DNA of 24,502 bases from a virus (lineage: Duplodnaviria; Heunggongvirae; Uroviricota; Caudoviricetes). The stretch lies in the IMG/VR virus record IMGVR_UViG_2718217868_000003; one strand, given 5' to 3'. The notes below the pieces were generated by a model, which worked only from the letters and a program-made list of their open reading frames with translations, was not told the origin of the DNA and did not search any database. Below, piece by piece: positions 8,405 to 19,204 of the stretch. The first letter of the stretch is position 1; each line of letters opens with the position of its first letter. The position numbers and the translations under genes are program-made.

Positions 8405-8560
8405 ATGCAGCAGCAAAAGGCGATGTTAATCGCCCTGATCGTCATCTGTTTAACCGTCATAGTGACGGCACTGGTAACGAGGAAAGACCTCTGCGAGGTA
8501 CGAATCCGAACCGGCCAGACGGAGGTCGCTGTCTTCACAGCTTACGAACCTGAGGAGTAA
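8405..8560 (+). CDS. hokD: Hok/Gef family type I toxin
   Basis: 51 aa MQQQKAMLIALIVICLTVIVTALVTRKDLCEVRIRTGQTEVAVFTAYEPEE, matching HokD/RelF as I recall it. In-frame upstream ATG at 8348 occupies the mok position. Leader hairpin CTATCTGCC (8248-8256) / GGCAGATAG (8275-8283). Confidence 0.85.
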   Translation: MQQQKAMLIALIVICLTVIVTALVTRKDLCEVRIRTGQTEVAVFTAYEPEE

Positions 8561-8630
8561 GAGACCCGGCGAGGGAGAAATCCCTCGCCACCTCTGATGT
8601 GGCAGGCATCCTCAACGCACCCGCACTTAA

Positions 8631-8655
8631 CCCGCTTCGGCGGGTTTTTGTTTTT
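8631..8655 (+). terminator. Rho-independent terminator after hokD
   Basis: CCCGC-TTCG-GCGGG stem-loop followed by TTTTTGTTTTT. Confidence 0.6.
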
Positions 8656-8776
8656 ATTTTCAACGCGTTTGAAGTTCTGGACGGTGCCGGAATAGAATCA
8701 AAAATACTTAAGTAGCGCGCAGGGATAAGAGGGATGGTCCCTTAAAGGGGAGAGCTAATTATCCGGAAGGATTCTG

Positions 8777-9028
8777 ATGATGAACATCGAAGAACTGCGT
8801 AAAATTTTTTGTGAAGATGGCCTCTATGCTGTGTGCGTTGAAAATGGAAATCTTGTTAGTCATTACCGCATTATGTGTTTGCGAAAGAATGGGGCTGCGT
8901 TAATTAATTTTGTGGATGGTCGAGTGACAGACGGATTTATCTTGCGCGAAGGTGAGTTTGTCACTTCATTACAGGCACTGAAAGAGATCGGAATAAAAGC
9001 AGGCTTTTCAGCTTTTGCAGAAGAATAA
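8777..9028 (+). CDS. rem: Rem-like small prophage protein
   Basis: 83 aa beginning MMNIEELRKIFCEDGLYAVC; position between hokD and ydfU as in Qin. Confidence 0.75.
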   Translation: MMNIEELRKIFCEDGLYAVCVENGNLVSHYRIMCLRKNGAALINFVDGRVTDGFILREGEFVTSLQALKEIGIKAGFSAFAEE

Positions 9029-9094
9029 ACTCATCTACAATCTTGCGCGGGGCTGAACTCCCGCTGAGTAACACCGTGCCACCGGAGAAAACCG

Positions 9095-9373
9095 ATGGCA
9101 CGCAACGTAAAATATTACAATTCTGATAATTCGCCCGTTCTTGCCTGCACGCACGGGCGGTATTCTCACGCATTCAAGTCTGAATGGTTCCAGCACCCTC
9201 CATGCACTGCAGAACAGGCCGAATGGCTGATTCATTCTTACCGCAGGCGCGGGTTCGAGGTTAAGAAAGCTCTCAGTCTCGACTATCGGCACTGGATAAT
9301 CTCTGTCAGGCTGCCTTATTCCGAACGCCCACCACGTGCGTCCCGCACTTTCCAGCAACGGATCTGGAGGTAA
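9095..9373 (+). CDS. Hypothetical protein (92 aa), translationally coupled to ydfU
   Basis: GGAG RBS before the ATG at 9095; its TAA stop (9371-9373) sits inside the GGAGG-TAAC-GTG start context of the downstream gene. Confidence 0.4.
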   Translation: MARNVKYYNSDNSPVLACTHGRYSHAFKSEWFQHPPCTAEQAEWLIHSYRRRGFEVKKALSLDYRHWIISVRLPYSERPPRASRTFQQRIWR

Positions 9374-9374
9374 C

Positions 9375-10424
9375 GTGCGGGTATTACTTAGACCTGTTCT
9401 GGTGCCTGAGCTTGGGCTGGTGGTCCTTAAGCCGGGCCGTGAATCCATACAGATATTTCATAATCCTCGAGTGCTGGTGGAACCGGAACCAAAAAGCATG
9501 CGTAATCTGCCATCCGGAGTCGTTCCTGCCGTTCGCCAGCCGCTGGCGGAAGACAAAACATTGCTACCGTTTTTTAGTAACGAACGGGTGATTCGTGCTG
9601 CTGGCGGCGTTGGCGCATTGTCTGACTGGCTATTACGTCATGTTACATCCTGCCAGTGGCCTAATGGCGATTACCATCACACTGAAACAGTCATTCACCG
9701 TTATGGTACCGGCGCAATGGTGTTGTGCTGGCACTGCGACAACCAACTGCGTGACCAGACATCGGAATCACTGGAGCTGCTTGCTCAACAAAATCTGACA
9801 GCATGGGTGATTGACGTCATCCGTCACGCAATAAGCGGTACGCAGGAGCGGGAATTATCTTTGGCTGAATTATCCTGGTGGGCGGTCTGCAATCAGGTGG
9901 TGGATGCACTACCTGAGGCTGTATCGCGTCGTTCGCTGGGATTACCAGCGGAAAAAATCTGCTCGGTGTACCGCGAAAGCGACATCGTACCGGGAGAGCA
10001 GACCGCCACCAGCATATTGAAACAACGCACAAAAAATCTTGCACCGTTGCCTTACGCCCACCAGCAACAAAAACCACCACAGGAAAAGACGGTGGTAAGC
10101 ATCAACGTTGATCCAGAGTCTCCGGAATCTTTCATGAAGCTGCCTAAACGTCGCCGCTGGGTTAAGGAGAAATACACTCGTTGGGTTAAGACACAGCCGT
10201 GTGCTTGCTGCGGTATGCCAGCCGACGATCCGCATCATCTGATTGGTCACGGGCAGGGCGGAATGGGAACAAAAGCACATGATCTCTTTGTGTTGCCTTT
10301 GTGCAGAAAGCATCACAACGAGCTGCATACGGATACAGTGGCATTTGAAGAGAAGTATGGCTCCCAACTGGAGCTGATATTTCGTTTTATCGATCGCGCG
10401 CTGGCAACTGGCGTACTGGCGTAA
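9375..10424 (+). CDS. ydfU: DUF968-family prophage protein with C-terminal Cys/His (HNH-like) motif
   Basis: C-terminal CACCGMPADDPHHLIGHGQGG..CRKHHNELH; GTG start at 9375 preferred over the ORF-track start at 9336 because of the GGAGG RBS. Confidence 0.75.
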   Translation: MRVLLRPVLVPELGLVVLKPGRESIQIFHNPRVLVEPEPKSMRNLPSGVVPAVRQPLAEDKTLLPFFSNERVIRAAGGVGALSDWLLRHVTSCQWPNGDYHHTETVIHRYGTGAMVLCWHCDNQLRDQTSESLELLAQQNLTAWVIDVIRHAISGTQERELSLAELSWWAVCNQVVDALPEAVSRRSLGLPAEKICSVYRESDIVPGEQTATSILKQRTKNLAPLPYAHQQQKPPQEKTVVSINVDPESPESFMKLPKRRRWVKEKYTRWVKTQPCACCGMPADDPHHLIGHGQGGMGTKAHDLFVLPLCRKHHNELHTDTVAFEEKYGSQLELIFRFIDRALATGVLA

Positions 10425-10437
10425 GTGGAGAACGAGC

Positions 10438-11190
10438 ATGAACCTTGAAGCCTTACCAAAATATTACTCCCCAAAATCTCCAAAATTGAGCGATGACGCT
10501 CCAGCGACAGGCACCGGTTGTTTAACAATTACGGATGTAATGGCAGCGCAGGGGATGGTGCAGTCGAAAGCACCACTTGGGTTGGCCTTATTTCTGGCAA
10601 AAGTTGGTGTTCAGGACCCTCAGTTTGCGATTGAAGGCCTGCTAAATTACGCGATGGCACTGGATAACCCGACATTGAACAAATTGAGTGAAGAAATCCG
10701 GTTACAGATTATTCCTTACCTCGTGAATTTTGCCTTTGCTGATTACTCCAGGTCTGCGGCAAGTAAGGCTCGCTGTGAGCATTGTTCAGGTACGGGATTT
10801 TATAATGTATTGCGCGAAGTGGTGAAACACTACAGACGCGGAGAATCTGTAATCAAGGAAGAATGGGTGAAGGAACTATGTCAGCATTGCCATGGTAAGG
10901 GCGAAGTCAGCACAGCGTGCAGAGGGTGTAAGGGTAAAGGGATTGTTCTGGATGAAAAAAGAACCCGGTTTCATGGCGTACCGGTATATAAGATTTGTGG
11001 GCGTTGTAATGGAAACCGATTTGGTCGTTTACCGACCACGCTGGCACGACGTCATGTCCAGAAGCTGGTACCAGACCTGACCGATTATCAGTGGTATAAG
11101 GGGTATGCGGACGTCATTGATAAACTGGTAACAAAGTGCTGGCAGGAAGAAGCATACGCGGAAGCGCAATTGAGGAAGGTGACGAGATAA
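10438..11190 (+). CDS. quuQ: Late-gene antiterminator Q
   Basis: 250 aa with zinc-binding CxxC..CxxC clusters ([30 protein letters not shown]); located immediately upstream of a late promoter/terminator pair. Confidence 0.85.
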   Translation: MNLEALPKYYSPKSPKLSDDAPATGTGCLTITDVMAAQGMVQSKAPLGLALFLAKVGVQDPQFAIEGLLNYAMALDNPTLNKLSEEIRLQIIPYLVNFAFADYSRSAASKARCEHCSGTGFYNVLREVVKHYRRGESVIKEEWVKELCQHCHGKGEVSTACRGCKGKGIVLDEKRTRFHGVPVYKICGRCNGNRFGRLPTTLARRHVQKLVPDLTDYQWYKGYADVIDKLVTKCWQEEAYAEAQLRKVTR

Positions 11191-11221
11191 ATGATTTTTG
11201 CTGAAGATGGCGACATGATGT

Positions 11222-11250
11222 TTGCATTTTTCAAAAAACATGGATAAGAT
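11222..11250 (+). promoter_or_regulatory. Candidate Q-dependent late promoter (pR'-like)
   Basis: TTGCAT (11222-11227), 17-bp spacer, TAAGAT (11245-11250), directly after Q and ~50 nt before a terminator. Confidence 0.4.
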
Positions 11251-11297
11251 TTTCTCAACGATGGGCTTTGTGTATCCGACGTTTAGAAAAAAGTAGA

Positions 11298-11321
11298 AAA
11301 CCCGCTTATAAGCGGGTTTTT
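11298..11321 (+). terminator. tR'-like intrinsic terminator (palindromic, could act on either strand)
   Basis: AAAACCCGC-TTATAA-GCGGGTTTTT. Confidence 0.55.
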
Positions 11322-11364
11322 GTGCTTTAAATGGGGCAATAGAGATATTGAATCTCATCCCGGG

Positions 11365-11555
11365 ATAAACATTGGCAGTTGAAGGTCCACGCGAACCATT
11401 TATCCGGCAAAATTCCACGCGTAATCCTGTGGTAATTTCTTCTGCATCTCGAAGATTGAGAGCTGAAACGTGAAGCTGGGCATCGATACGCCATCGGATG
11501 GGAATATAAGACCTTTGCTGCTTTTGTAGTCAAAGTTTTTGACAATTCCTGTCAT
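11365..11555 (-). pseudogene. Cold-shock protein pseudogene (CspF/CspH-like): frameshifted, start and stop both apparently lost
   Basis: Minus-strand translation gives [22 protein letters not shown] in one frame, then [42 protein letters not shown] in another (1-nt deletion after ..PSDG). Expected upstream ATG is CTG. Frame reads through past ANVY into the antisense of Q. Confidence 0.55.
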
Positions 11556-11865
11556 TTTAGGGGACAGAAAAACTCCTTAATACTGATAACCTGGTGCACC
11601 ATACACACGTTCCTGGAGAAAACTACTTTTTTGATAGGGTTGAAGGTGGCTGGATGTCTAAAATAAACATTGCTTCATATGTTCAACTATGAGTTAATGA
11701 CTGCGTCGGTTTGAAGAACAGACGATATACGAAGTAGTTTACTAAAGCAGTTCTCATTTCAGGTGTTATTCACTTATTCCTTCTTTGAGTCTCTCCAATT
11801 AAGTACGAAGTCGTTTCTGTTATGCAAACCATTTATTCCGAAAGGCTCAAGTTAAGGAATGTAGA

Positions 11866-12081
11866 ATGTCAAATAAAATGACTGGTTTAGTAAAATGGTT
11901 TAACGCTGATAAAGGTTTCGGCTTTATTTCTCCTGTTGATGGTAGTAAAGATGTGTTTGTGCATTTTTCTGCGATTCAGAATGATAATTATCGAACCTTA
12001 TTTGAAGGTCAAAAGGTTACCTTCTCTATAGAGAGTGGTGCTAAAGGTCCTGCAGCAGCAAATGTCATCATTACTGATTAA
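11866..12081 (+). CDS. cspB: Cold-shock protein
   Basis: 71 aa [38 protein letters not shown].. with RNP1/RNP2 motifs; long AT-rich 5' leader. Confidence 0.9.
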   Translation: MSNKMTGLVKWFNADKGFGFISPVDGSKDVFVHFSAIQNDNYRTLFEGQKVTFSIESGAKGPAAANVIITD

Positions 12082-12362
12082 AATTCATCGCTCGTCTGTA
12101 TACGATAACGAAGAAGGCTGATGCCTGAGTAGAGATACGGACAGAGTAGTGAATATTGGATCTCTTTAATAAAAAGTAAGGAGGTCCAATACATGAAACA
12201 ATGGCCAGCATATTTGGCAAAATCTTAATCAGGAAAAGTATGCTAACCATTGTGGTGAAGTGCAGGTTTGCTGCATGAATAGTTTCACAGCAGAAGCTAA
12301 CTGCTGGCATCGCAAAACAAAGTGCGTAAGTGGATGACTCCCACAAAAAGCACCACAATCTC

Positions 12363-12386
12363 AAACCCGCTCAGGCGGGTTTTTTA
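12363..12386 (+). terminator. Rho-independent terminator after cspB
   Basis: AAACCCGC-TCAG-GCGGGT followed by TTTTT. Confidence 0.6.
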
Positions 12387-12444
12387 TTATCTGCTTTAAA
12401 TATATTATTAAAATATAAAAAATACTTGTTACTAATAAAATCAA

Positions 12445-12615
12445 TCAGGCTACAGCTTTAAGATTTGTCTGGAATACTTTGTTGCAATGAGGGCAGATCA
12501 AAAGGGCACCTTTTTGTACTCTTGAAAAACTGTGTTCTGACTCTTGGGTGCAGTTTGGGCAGGAACATTTAACGAGATAATTACGGCGTGATTTTGAGTC
12601 TTTACGTTCTGACAT
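12445..12615 (-). CDS. Small zinc-ribbon protein (56 aa; CxxC..CxxC)
   Basis: MSERKDSKSRRNYLVKCSCPNCTQ..ICPHCNKVF; AGGA RBS 8 nt upstream of the ATG at 12615. Possibly corresponds to K-12 Qin ynfU; name not certain. Confidence 0.55.
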   Translation of the reverse strand: MSERKDSKSRRNYLVKCSCPNCTQESEHSFSRVQKGALLICPHCNKVFQTNLKAVA

Positions 12616-12834
12616 AGGCTTTTCCTGTATAAATGGCCGTATACAGTACACTAAATATGAAAACATTTCTCGTATTATTATTTTATATATGACTTTCTTT
12701 CAAAATAATTACCCACATTTTTAATGTGTATGTTTTTTTAGCGCCGTTGAGAACAACGTGTGCTGTCAAAACTACCCCGTAGACTCCGATCTTTTCAAAC
12801 ATATTGCACCATCCGTGTACATCGGGGTGAGGAT

Positions 12835-13050
12835 ATGAAATCAATGGATAAGTTAACAACAGGTGTTGCCTATGGCACATCGGCGGGTAATGCTGGTTTC
12901 TGGGCATTGCAGTTACTCGATAAAGTAACTCCGTCACAGTGGGCTGCAATCGGTGTGCTGGGTAGCCTGGTTTTTGGCCTGCTGACGTATCTGACAAATC
13001 TTTATTTCAAGATTAAAGAAGACAGGCGTAAGGCTGCGAGAGGAGAGTAA
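12835..13050 (+). CDS. essQ: Class II holin (phage 21 S-type pinholin) with dual-start motif
   Basis: [26 protein letters not shown]..; Met1 and Met4 give the antiholin/holin dual start; two predicted TM helices; first gene of the lysis cassette. Confidence 0.85.
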   Translation: MKSMDKLTTGVAYGTSAGNAGFWALQLLDKVTPSQWAAIGVLGSLVFGLLTYLTNLYFKIKEDRRKAARGE

Positions 13051-13054
13051 TCCA

Positions 13055-13362
13055 ATGACTCAAGACTATGAACTGGTTGTGAAAGGAGTCCGTAATTTTG
13101 AGAATAAAGTTACGGTAACTGTAGCCTTACAGGACAAAGAACGCTTTGACGGTGAAATTTTTGGCCTGGATGTCGCCATGGACCGTGTTGAAGGAGCTGC
13201 GCTGGAGTTTTATGAGGCAGCAGCCAGAATGAGCGTCCGGCAAGTCTTCCTGGAAGTAGCAGAAAAATTGTCAGAAAAAGTTGAGTCTTATCTGCAGCAT
13301 CAGTACTCCTTTAAGATTGAAAATCCTGCCAATAAGCACGAGCGTCCTCATCATAAATATCT

Positions 13363-13366
<4 letters not shown>
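13055..13366 (+). CDS. ydfR: DUF1327-family prophage protein
   Basis: 103-aa ORF between holin and endolysin, as in Qin. Confidence 0.7.
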
Positions 13367-14390
<1,024 letters not shown>

Positions 14391-14753
14391 ATTAATATTA
14401 AATCGGATTATTTTTGGCGCTGAATGTGAAATTTAAATAAAAAGGACTCTTCCATGAGTCAAAATCCTTGAAATCTTAAGGGTAAGATAAAAGGTCATTA
14501 GACAGAATGACACGTTTTATTAATAAATAAAGCTATTGTTTCATTCGTGTGTTTTTCTTTACAAAAGTAATCCTTGCTATGGTTGGTTAATCATGCGTTA
14601 ATGGTGTTCTGGTTTGTTACAAAATTATCTGAAGCAGTCATTGTTATAATTTTATTATTTGTACCTCTTGAGATTTCCTTGTTGGTTTTTCTCTCTGATA
14701 TTTTTTTTCGGACCATTCTGCCCAAGGGCTAACTTCTTCAAAAGGTAATAATG

Positions 14754-14966
14754 ATGTCTAACAAAATGACTGGTTTAGTGAAATGGTTTAACCCTGAAAA
14801 AGGTTTTGGTTTCATCACGCCGAAAGATGGTAGCAAAGATGTGTTTGTGCATTTCTCAGCTATTCAGAGCAACGATTTCAAAACGTTAACTGAGAATCAG
14901 GAAGTCGAATTTGGTATTGAGAACGGACCTAAAGGCCCTGCAGCTGTTCATGTAGTGGCACTTTGA
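14754..14966 (+). CDS. cspI: Cold-shock protein
   Basis: 70 aa [45 protein letters not shown]..; long AT-rich leader (14391-14750). Confidence 0.9.
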   Translation: MSNKMTGLVKWFNPEKGFGFITPKDGSKDVFVHFSAIQSNDFKTLTENQEVEFGIENGPKGPAAVHVVAL

Positions 14967-15172
14967 GGTAGAAAATATTACAAACCATATTCACTTTAGA
15001 TGCCCGTGTTGCCATGGTTCTCAGTATAGAACATCATCTTTTGATGTTTCTGACAGAAATCCTTTCGGGGCAAAATGTATCTTTTGTAAATCAATGATGA
15101 TTACATTTGATAATATTTCACAATACTTAAATGTTAGCCATCTGTCGTTAGATTTAAGAAAGTGAAAATGAA

Positions 15173-15194
15173 GGCTCCTTCGGGAGCTTTTTTG
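15173..15194 (+). terminator. Rho-independent terminator after cspI
   Basis: GGCTCC-TTCG-GGAGC followed by TTTTTT. Confidence 0.55.
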
Positions 15195-15198
15195 CTTA

Positions 15199-15468
15199 GT
15201 GTCTAGTCGATGGATACTCACATATTACGGTAACATTATGAAAAAAATAATAGTTTTTTTTAACTCTGAACCAGCAATGGTAGTGCCAGTGATGACCGGA
15301 GTTAACACCATCATGCGTGAATATCCAAATGGCGAAACAACACACCTCACTGTAATGGCTGCAGGGTTTCCATCTCTGACCGGAGATCATAAAGTCATTT
15401 ATGTAGCAGCGGATCGACATGTAACTTCAGAAGAAATTCTGGAAGCAGCAATGAGACTCTTGAATTGA
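15199..15468 (+). CDS. Hypothetical small prophage protein (ynfN-position)
   Basis: 89-aa ORF; the true start may be the internal MKKIIVFF at 15238. Confidence 0.45.
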   Translation: MSSRWILTYYGNIMKKIIVFFNSEPAMVVPVMTGVNTIMREYPNGETTHLTVMAAGFPSLTGDHKVIYVAADRHVTSEEILEAAMRLLN

Positions 15469-15640
15469 TTTGATTCTAATGCATTGATAATAAATGATAA
15501 TCATCTTTATCTGTTTGTGTGAAATTTAGACCGTCGTATGTTGATTATTGCGATGTTTCATCTTATCTTTTATACGTTTGCTCCATATAATTGACACTAC
15601 TGTGTACCAGGACAGTCATAACAGACTAAAAGAGGAAATG

Positions 15641-15814
15641 ATGAACATTGAAGAGTTAAAAACAAAAACAGAAGCAGATATTTCTGAATATATAACAAAA
15701 AAAATCATTGAGCTTAAGAAAAAGACCGGGAAAGAAGTTACCAGTATCCAGTTTACTGCACGGGAAAAAATGACTGGTCTTGAAAGCTATGATATCAAGA
15801 TTGATTTAATCTAG
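15641..15814 (+). CDS. gnsB: GnsA/GnsB family protein
   Basis: 57 aa MNIEELKTKTEADISEYITKKIIELKKKTGKEVTSIQFTAREKMTGLESYDIKIDLI. Confidence 0.85.
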   Translation: MNIEELKTKTEADISEYITKKIIELKKKTGKEVTSIQFTAREKMTGLESYDIKIDLI

Positions 15815-16109
15815 CATGTTTATAGTATTAGCATCAATTTCTCATCAGATGCTATTCAACAATACAAATTACCCATAAACCTCGTTTTTACGGGGTTTTG
15901 TTATATTTAAACATTACCGAATAGATATAAATCTCGATTGTCGATGGTATTGGTTGTGTGACAATACCTAGTCTTTCCGGTATGCCTGAAGAGAATACAA
16001 ACGACAGATTATGTAAGGGAAACGCGCTGAAACTTTCACTCTTTCATGCTGAGTGATTTGACGTTATATTTTTAGCCGCAAGTGAAGAGCAAACGAATGG
16101 AGCGACAAA

Positions 16110-16316
16110 ATGCATAAAGATCAATACACTGATGCCCCCTCCCAGGAGCAGGTTCGTGTAAAAACTATGCTTAATAGCACCATTTCGATGGGTTACCCGG
16201 ATGTTGTAATTGCATGTATAGAACATCAAGTATCTCTGGAAGCATTCAGGGCAATTGAGGCCGCGTTAGTAAAGCACGATAAGAATACGAAGGATTATTC
16301 CCTGGTGGTTGACTGA
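16110..16316 (+). CDS. Hypothetical small prophage protein
   Basis: 68-aa ORF upstream of the terminase small subunit (ydfO/ynfO position in Qin); no motif recognised. Confidence 0.45.
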   Translation: MHKDQYTDAPSQEQVRVKTMLNSTISMGYPDVVIACIEHQVSLEAFRAIEAALVKHDKNTKDYSLVVD

Positions 16317-16682
16317 TCACCATAACTGCTAACCATTCTGACCATTTCACAAGTGACAGAGTCAATATCGTATTCTGTCACTGTAAGGCTAATACAGTAC
16401 TGCAATTCAACTACAGCAATGCCTCGTATTTAGGTGAATTTACAATATCGTCCAGTTCGGATGCCGGCTGCATTTCTGAAGATAAGGCATTTCGGTTCGC
16501 GTATTTTCCCCTCATGCTCGTCAGTCCTGCGCGTAGTAAGAAACAGGACACTCACACTAATTTGTGTGGGCATGCTGTGATGTCCTTCTGAATTATCCCC
16601 ATGCCATTATGTAAAGCTCTGTTTCAGATGCTCGTCACGGTTGTCAGGCTGTCGGGTCCTCCCAGTGGGGGTCCCTGCCACG

Positions 16683-16694
16683 GGGCGGGAGCGT
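16683..16694. other. Possible degenerate cosN-like sequence
   Basis: CACGGGGCGGGAGCGTCGCGG resembles the lambda cos junction ..ACGGGGCGGCGACCTCGCGG..; lies ~185 bp upstream of the Nu1-like start, as in lambda. Confidence 0.3.
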
Positions 16695-16866
16695 CGCGGA
16701 AAAAGACTAGTTTTTGCATTTCCATGGCGGCGGCAGCATGTTTGGTAATTTATTGATAATTAAAAGTTATTTCTCTTTTCACCTGTACAATATTTTTTTC
16801 TCCCTGTCATTAGACCAGTTTGCAATTAATTGAAATATATAAATAAACCTGATTTTCACCTGCCAG

Positions 16867-17406
16867 ATGGAGTTGCTTATGTCAAATGTGAGCGGGATCG
16901 GTGATGCTTATTACTGGAGTGTTTTTAAAATCGCCGAGGCCTTTGGGCTTCACCGGGACACAGTAAAAAAACGGCTCCTCGCGGCCAACACTCCTGTGGC
17001 TGCGACTGTCAGGGGGAACCCCGTTTACGCCCTGCAGCATGTCGGGCCCGCCCTGTTTAGTGTGAAGCATGAGGCAGCAGACTCTGTTCATGATCCATCC
17101 CGTATGGAGCCGAAAGAGAGAAAGGACTGGTACCAGTCTGAAAATGAAAGGATCAAGCTGGAAAAGGAGCAGCGAAAACTCATCCCAGTTGATGAAGTAG
17201 TCATCGTCTATTCGTCCATGAGAAAGGCTGTCGTCCAGGTTCTGGAGACAATTCCGGATGTTCTTGAACGCGATTGCGCCCTGACTCCTCAGGCCGTCGG
17301 CGTTGTACAGCAGGCCATTGATGACCTGCGATACACTCTTCAGGAAAAATCCTACGAGGCTTGTGCTGCTGAATTAATTCCTGATGAGGAAGGAGAGAGT
17401 CTCTAG
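16867..17406 (+). CDS. nohA: Terminase small subunit (Nu1-like, HTH DNA-binding N-terminus)
   Basis: 179 aa; N-terminal helix-turn-helix region (FKIAEAFGLHRDTVKKRL); immediately precedes the large-subunit gene. Confidence 0.75.
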   Translation: MELLMSNVSGIGDAYYWSVFKIAEAFGLHRDTVKKRLLAANTPVAATVRGNPVYALQHVGPALFSVKHEAADSVHDPSRMEPKERKDWYQSENERIKLEKEQRKLIPVDEVVIVYSSMRKAVVQVLETIPDVLERDCALTPQAVGVVQQAIDDLRYTLQEKSYEACAAELIPDEEGESL

Positions 17407-17414
17407 GAGGAATA

Positions 17415-18818
17415 ATGGGTTTTTCATCAGCCCGAAATTTGGGAAGGGACATATCGGCAGGATTTTCCCCACCACGTCGCATGCCGATTTCGGAGGCTGT
17501 TAAAAAATTCATGCGTGTTCCCAAGGGGGCTGGTAACTCGGTGCCATGGGATCCTGAACTGACACCCTACATCATTGAGCCCATGAACTGCCTGGCATCG
17601 CGTGAATACGATGCGGTGATTTTTGTTGGTCCTGCGCGAACAGGGAAGACCATTGGTCTGATCGATGGATGGATTGTCTATACCATCGTTTGCGATCCTT
17701 CGGACATGCTCGTTGTGCAGATGACCGAAGATAAGGCCCGCGAGCATTCTAAAAAGCGCCTCGACAGAACGTTCAGAAGCAGTGCGGCGGTAAAGAAAAG
17801 AATGAGTCCACGTCGTAACGACAATAATGTCCATGATAAGACGTTCAGGGATGGCTCGTTCCTTAAAATTGGTTGGCCCTCGGTCAACATTATGTCGTCG
17901 TCGGATTACCGGTTTGTCGCCTTAACCGATTACGACCGTTTTCCGGAGAATATCGACAGCGAGGGTGATGGTTTCTCCCTGGCCTCAAAACGTACCACCA
18001 CATTTATGTCCGCCGGGATGACTCTGGTGGAGAGCTCGCCGGGACGTGACATCTGCGACAGCAAATGGCGACGTAAGTCGCCTCATGAAGCGCCACCGAC
18101 GACTGGTATTCTTTCCCTTTACAATCGTGGTGACCGCCGCCGCTGGTACTGGCCATGTCCGCACTGCGGTGAATATTTTCAGCCAGCTATGGATGCCATG
18201 ACCGGCTACCGTAATGAACCGGATCCCTTTAAAGCCAGTGAGGCGGCGTATCTACTTTGCCCGCACTGCAGCGGCATTATCACTGCGGAGAAAAAGCGTG
18301 AGCTCAATAGTGCAGGAGTCTGGTTGCGTGAAGGTCAGGTCATTGATCGTAACGGCAACGTTTCCGGTGAACCGCGCCGCTCCCGTATCGCCAGTTTCTG
18401 GATGGAAGGGCCAGCTGCTGCGTATCAGACCTGGGCGCAACTGGTTTACAAATTACTGACTGCAGAACAGGAGTATGAAGCGACAGGAAGCGAAGAAACA
18501 CTCAGGGCGGTTATCAACACCGACTGGGGATTGCCTTATCTTCCTCGTGCCAGCATGGAGCAACGAAAAAGTGAACTGCTTGAGCAGCGGGCAGAGCCAG
18601 TTCCTTCCCGCAGTGTTCCGGATGGCGTTAATTTCCTTGTGGCGACAGTGGATGTGCAGGCGGGACGTCATCGCCGTTTTGTGGTTCAGGTAACGGGCTA
18701 TGGCAGCCGTGGCGAACGCTGGATTATTGATCGTTACAACATCACGCAGTCATTGCGCAGTGACTGCGACGGGGAGAGCCAGCGAATTGATCCGGCCAGC
18801 TACCGTCAGGGTTTATGA
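17415..18818 (+). pseudogene. Terminase large subunit (lambda gpA-like), C-terminally truncated by a deletion
   Basis: 467 aa covering the N-terminal ATPase region, with local patterns resembling lambda gpA (PCPHCGEY; YLLCPHCSG..VWLREGQVIDRNG); ends where J-remnant homology begins in another frame. Confidence 0.75.
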
Positions 18819-19137
18819 CGATCAGCCGTTTGACCGGCAGATTGTTATTCCTGCGGTGGCATTCAGCGGCGCTAAACATGAGAGAGAGCATACTGATATT
18901 TACTCCTCATGCCGTCTGATAGTGCGGAAAAACGGTGCTGAAATTTATAACCGTACCGCGCTGGATAATACGCTGATTTACAGTGGCGTTATTGATATGC
19001 CTGCCGGTCACGGTCACATGACGCTGGAGTTTTCGGTGTCAGCATGGCTGGTAAATGACTGGTATCCCACAGCAAGTATCAGCGATTTGCTGGTTGTGGT
19101 GATGAAGAAAGCCACCGCAGGCATCAGTATCAGCTGA
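18805..19137 (+). pseudogene. Remnant of tail-tip/host-specificity protein J (C-terminal ~110 codons only)
   Basis: ..[74 protein letters not shown] matches the lambda J C-terminus as I recall it; no N-terminal part present. Confidence 0.6.
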
Positions 19138-19155
19138 ATTTTATAACCCATATAC

Positions 19156-19181
19156 GGGCGCCAGAAATGGCGCCTTTTTTA
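19156..19181 (+). terminator. Rho-independent terminator upstream of lom
   Basis: GGGCGCC-AGAAAT-GGCGCC followed by TTTTTT. Confidence 0.6.
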
Positions 19182-19204
19182 TTGCAGAAAAGCGAGAGGT
19201 AATT

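Noticed and set aside
11029-11418. 129-aa minus-strand ORF antisense to the 3' end of Q.
   Set aside because: It is the read-through of the frameshifted csp pseudogene that has lost its stop, not an independent gene.
14967-15170. Zinc-ribbon-like frame (CPCCHGSQY..CIFCKSMM) downstream of cspI.
   Set aside because: No in-frame start codon near the 5' end; may be a gene remnant, but it cannot be supported as a CDS.
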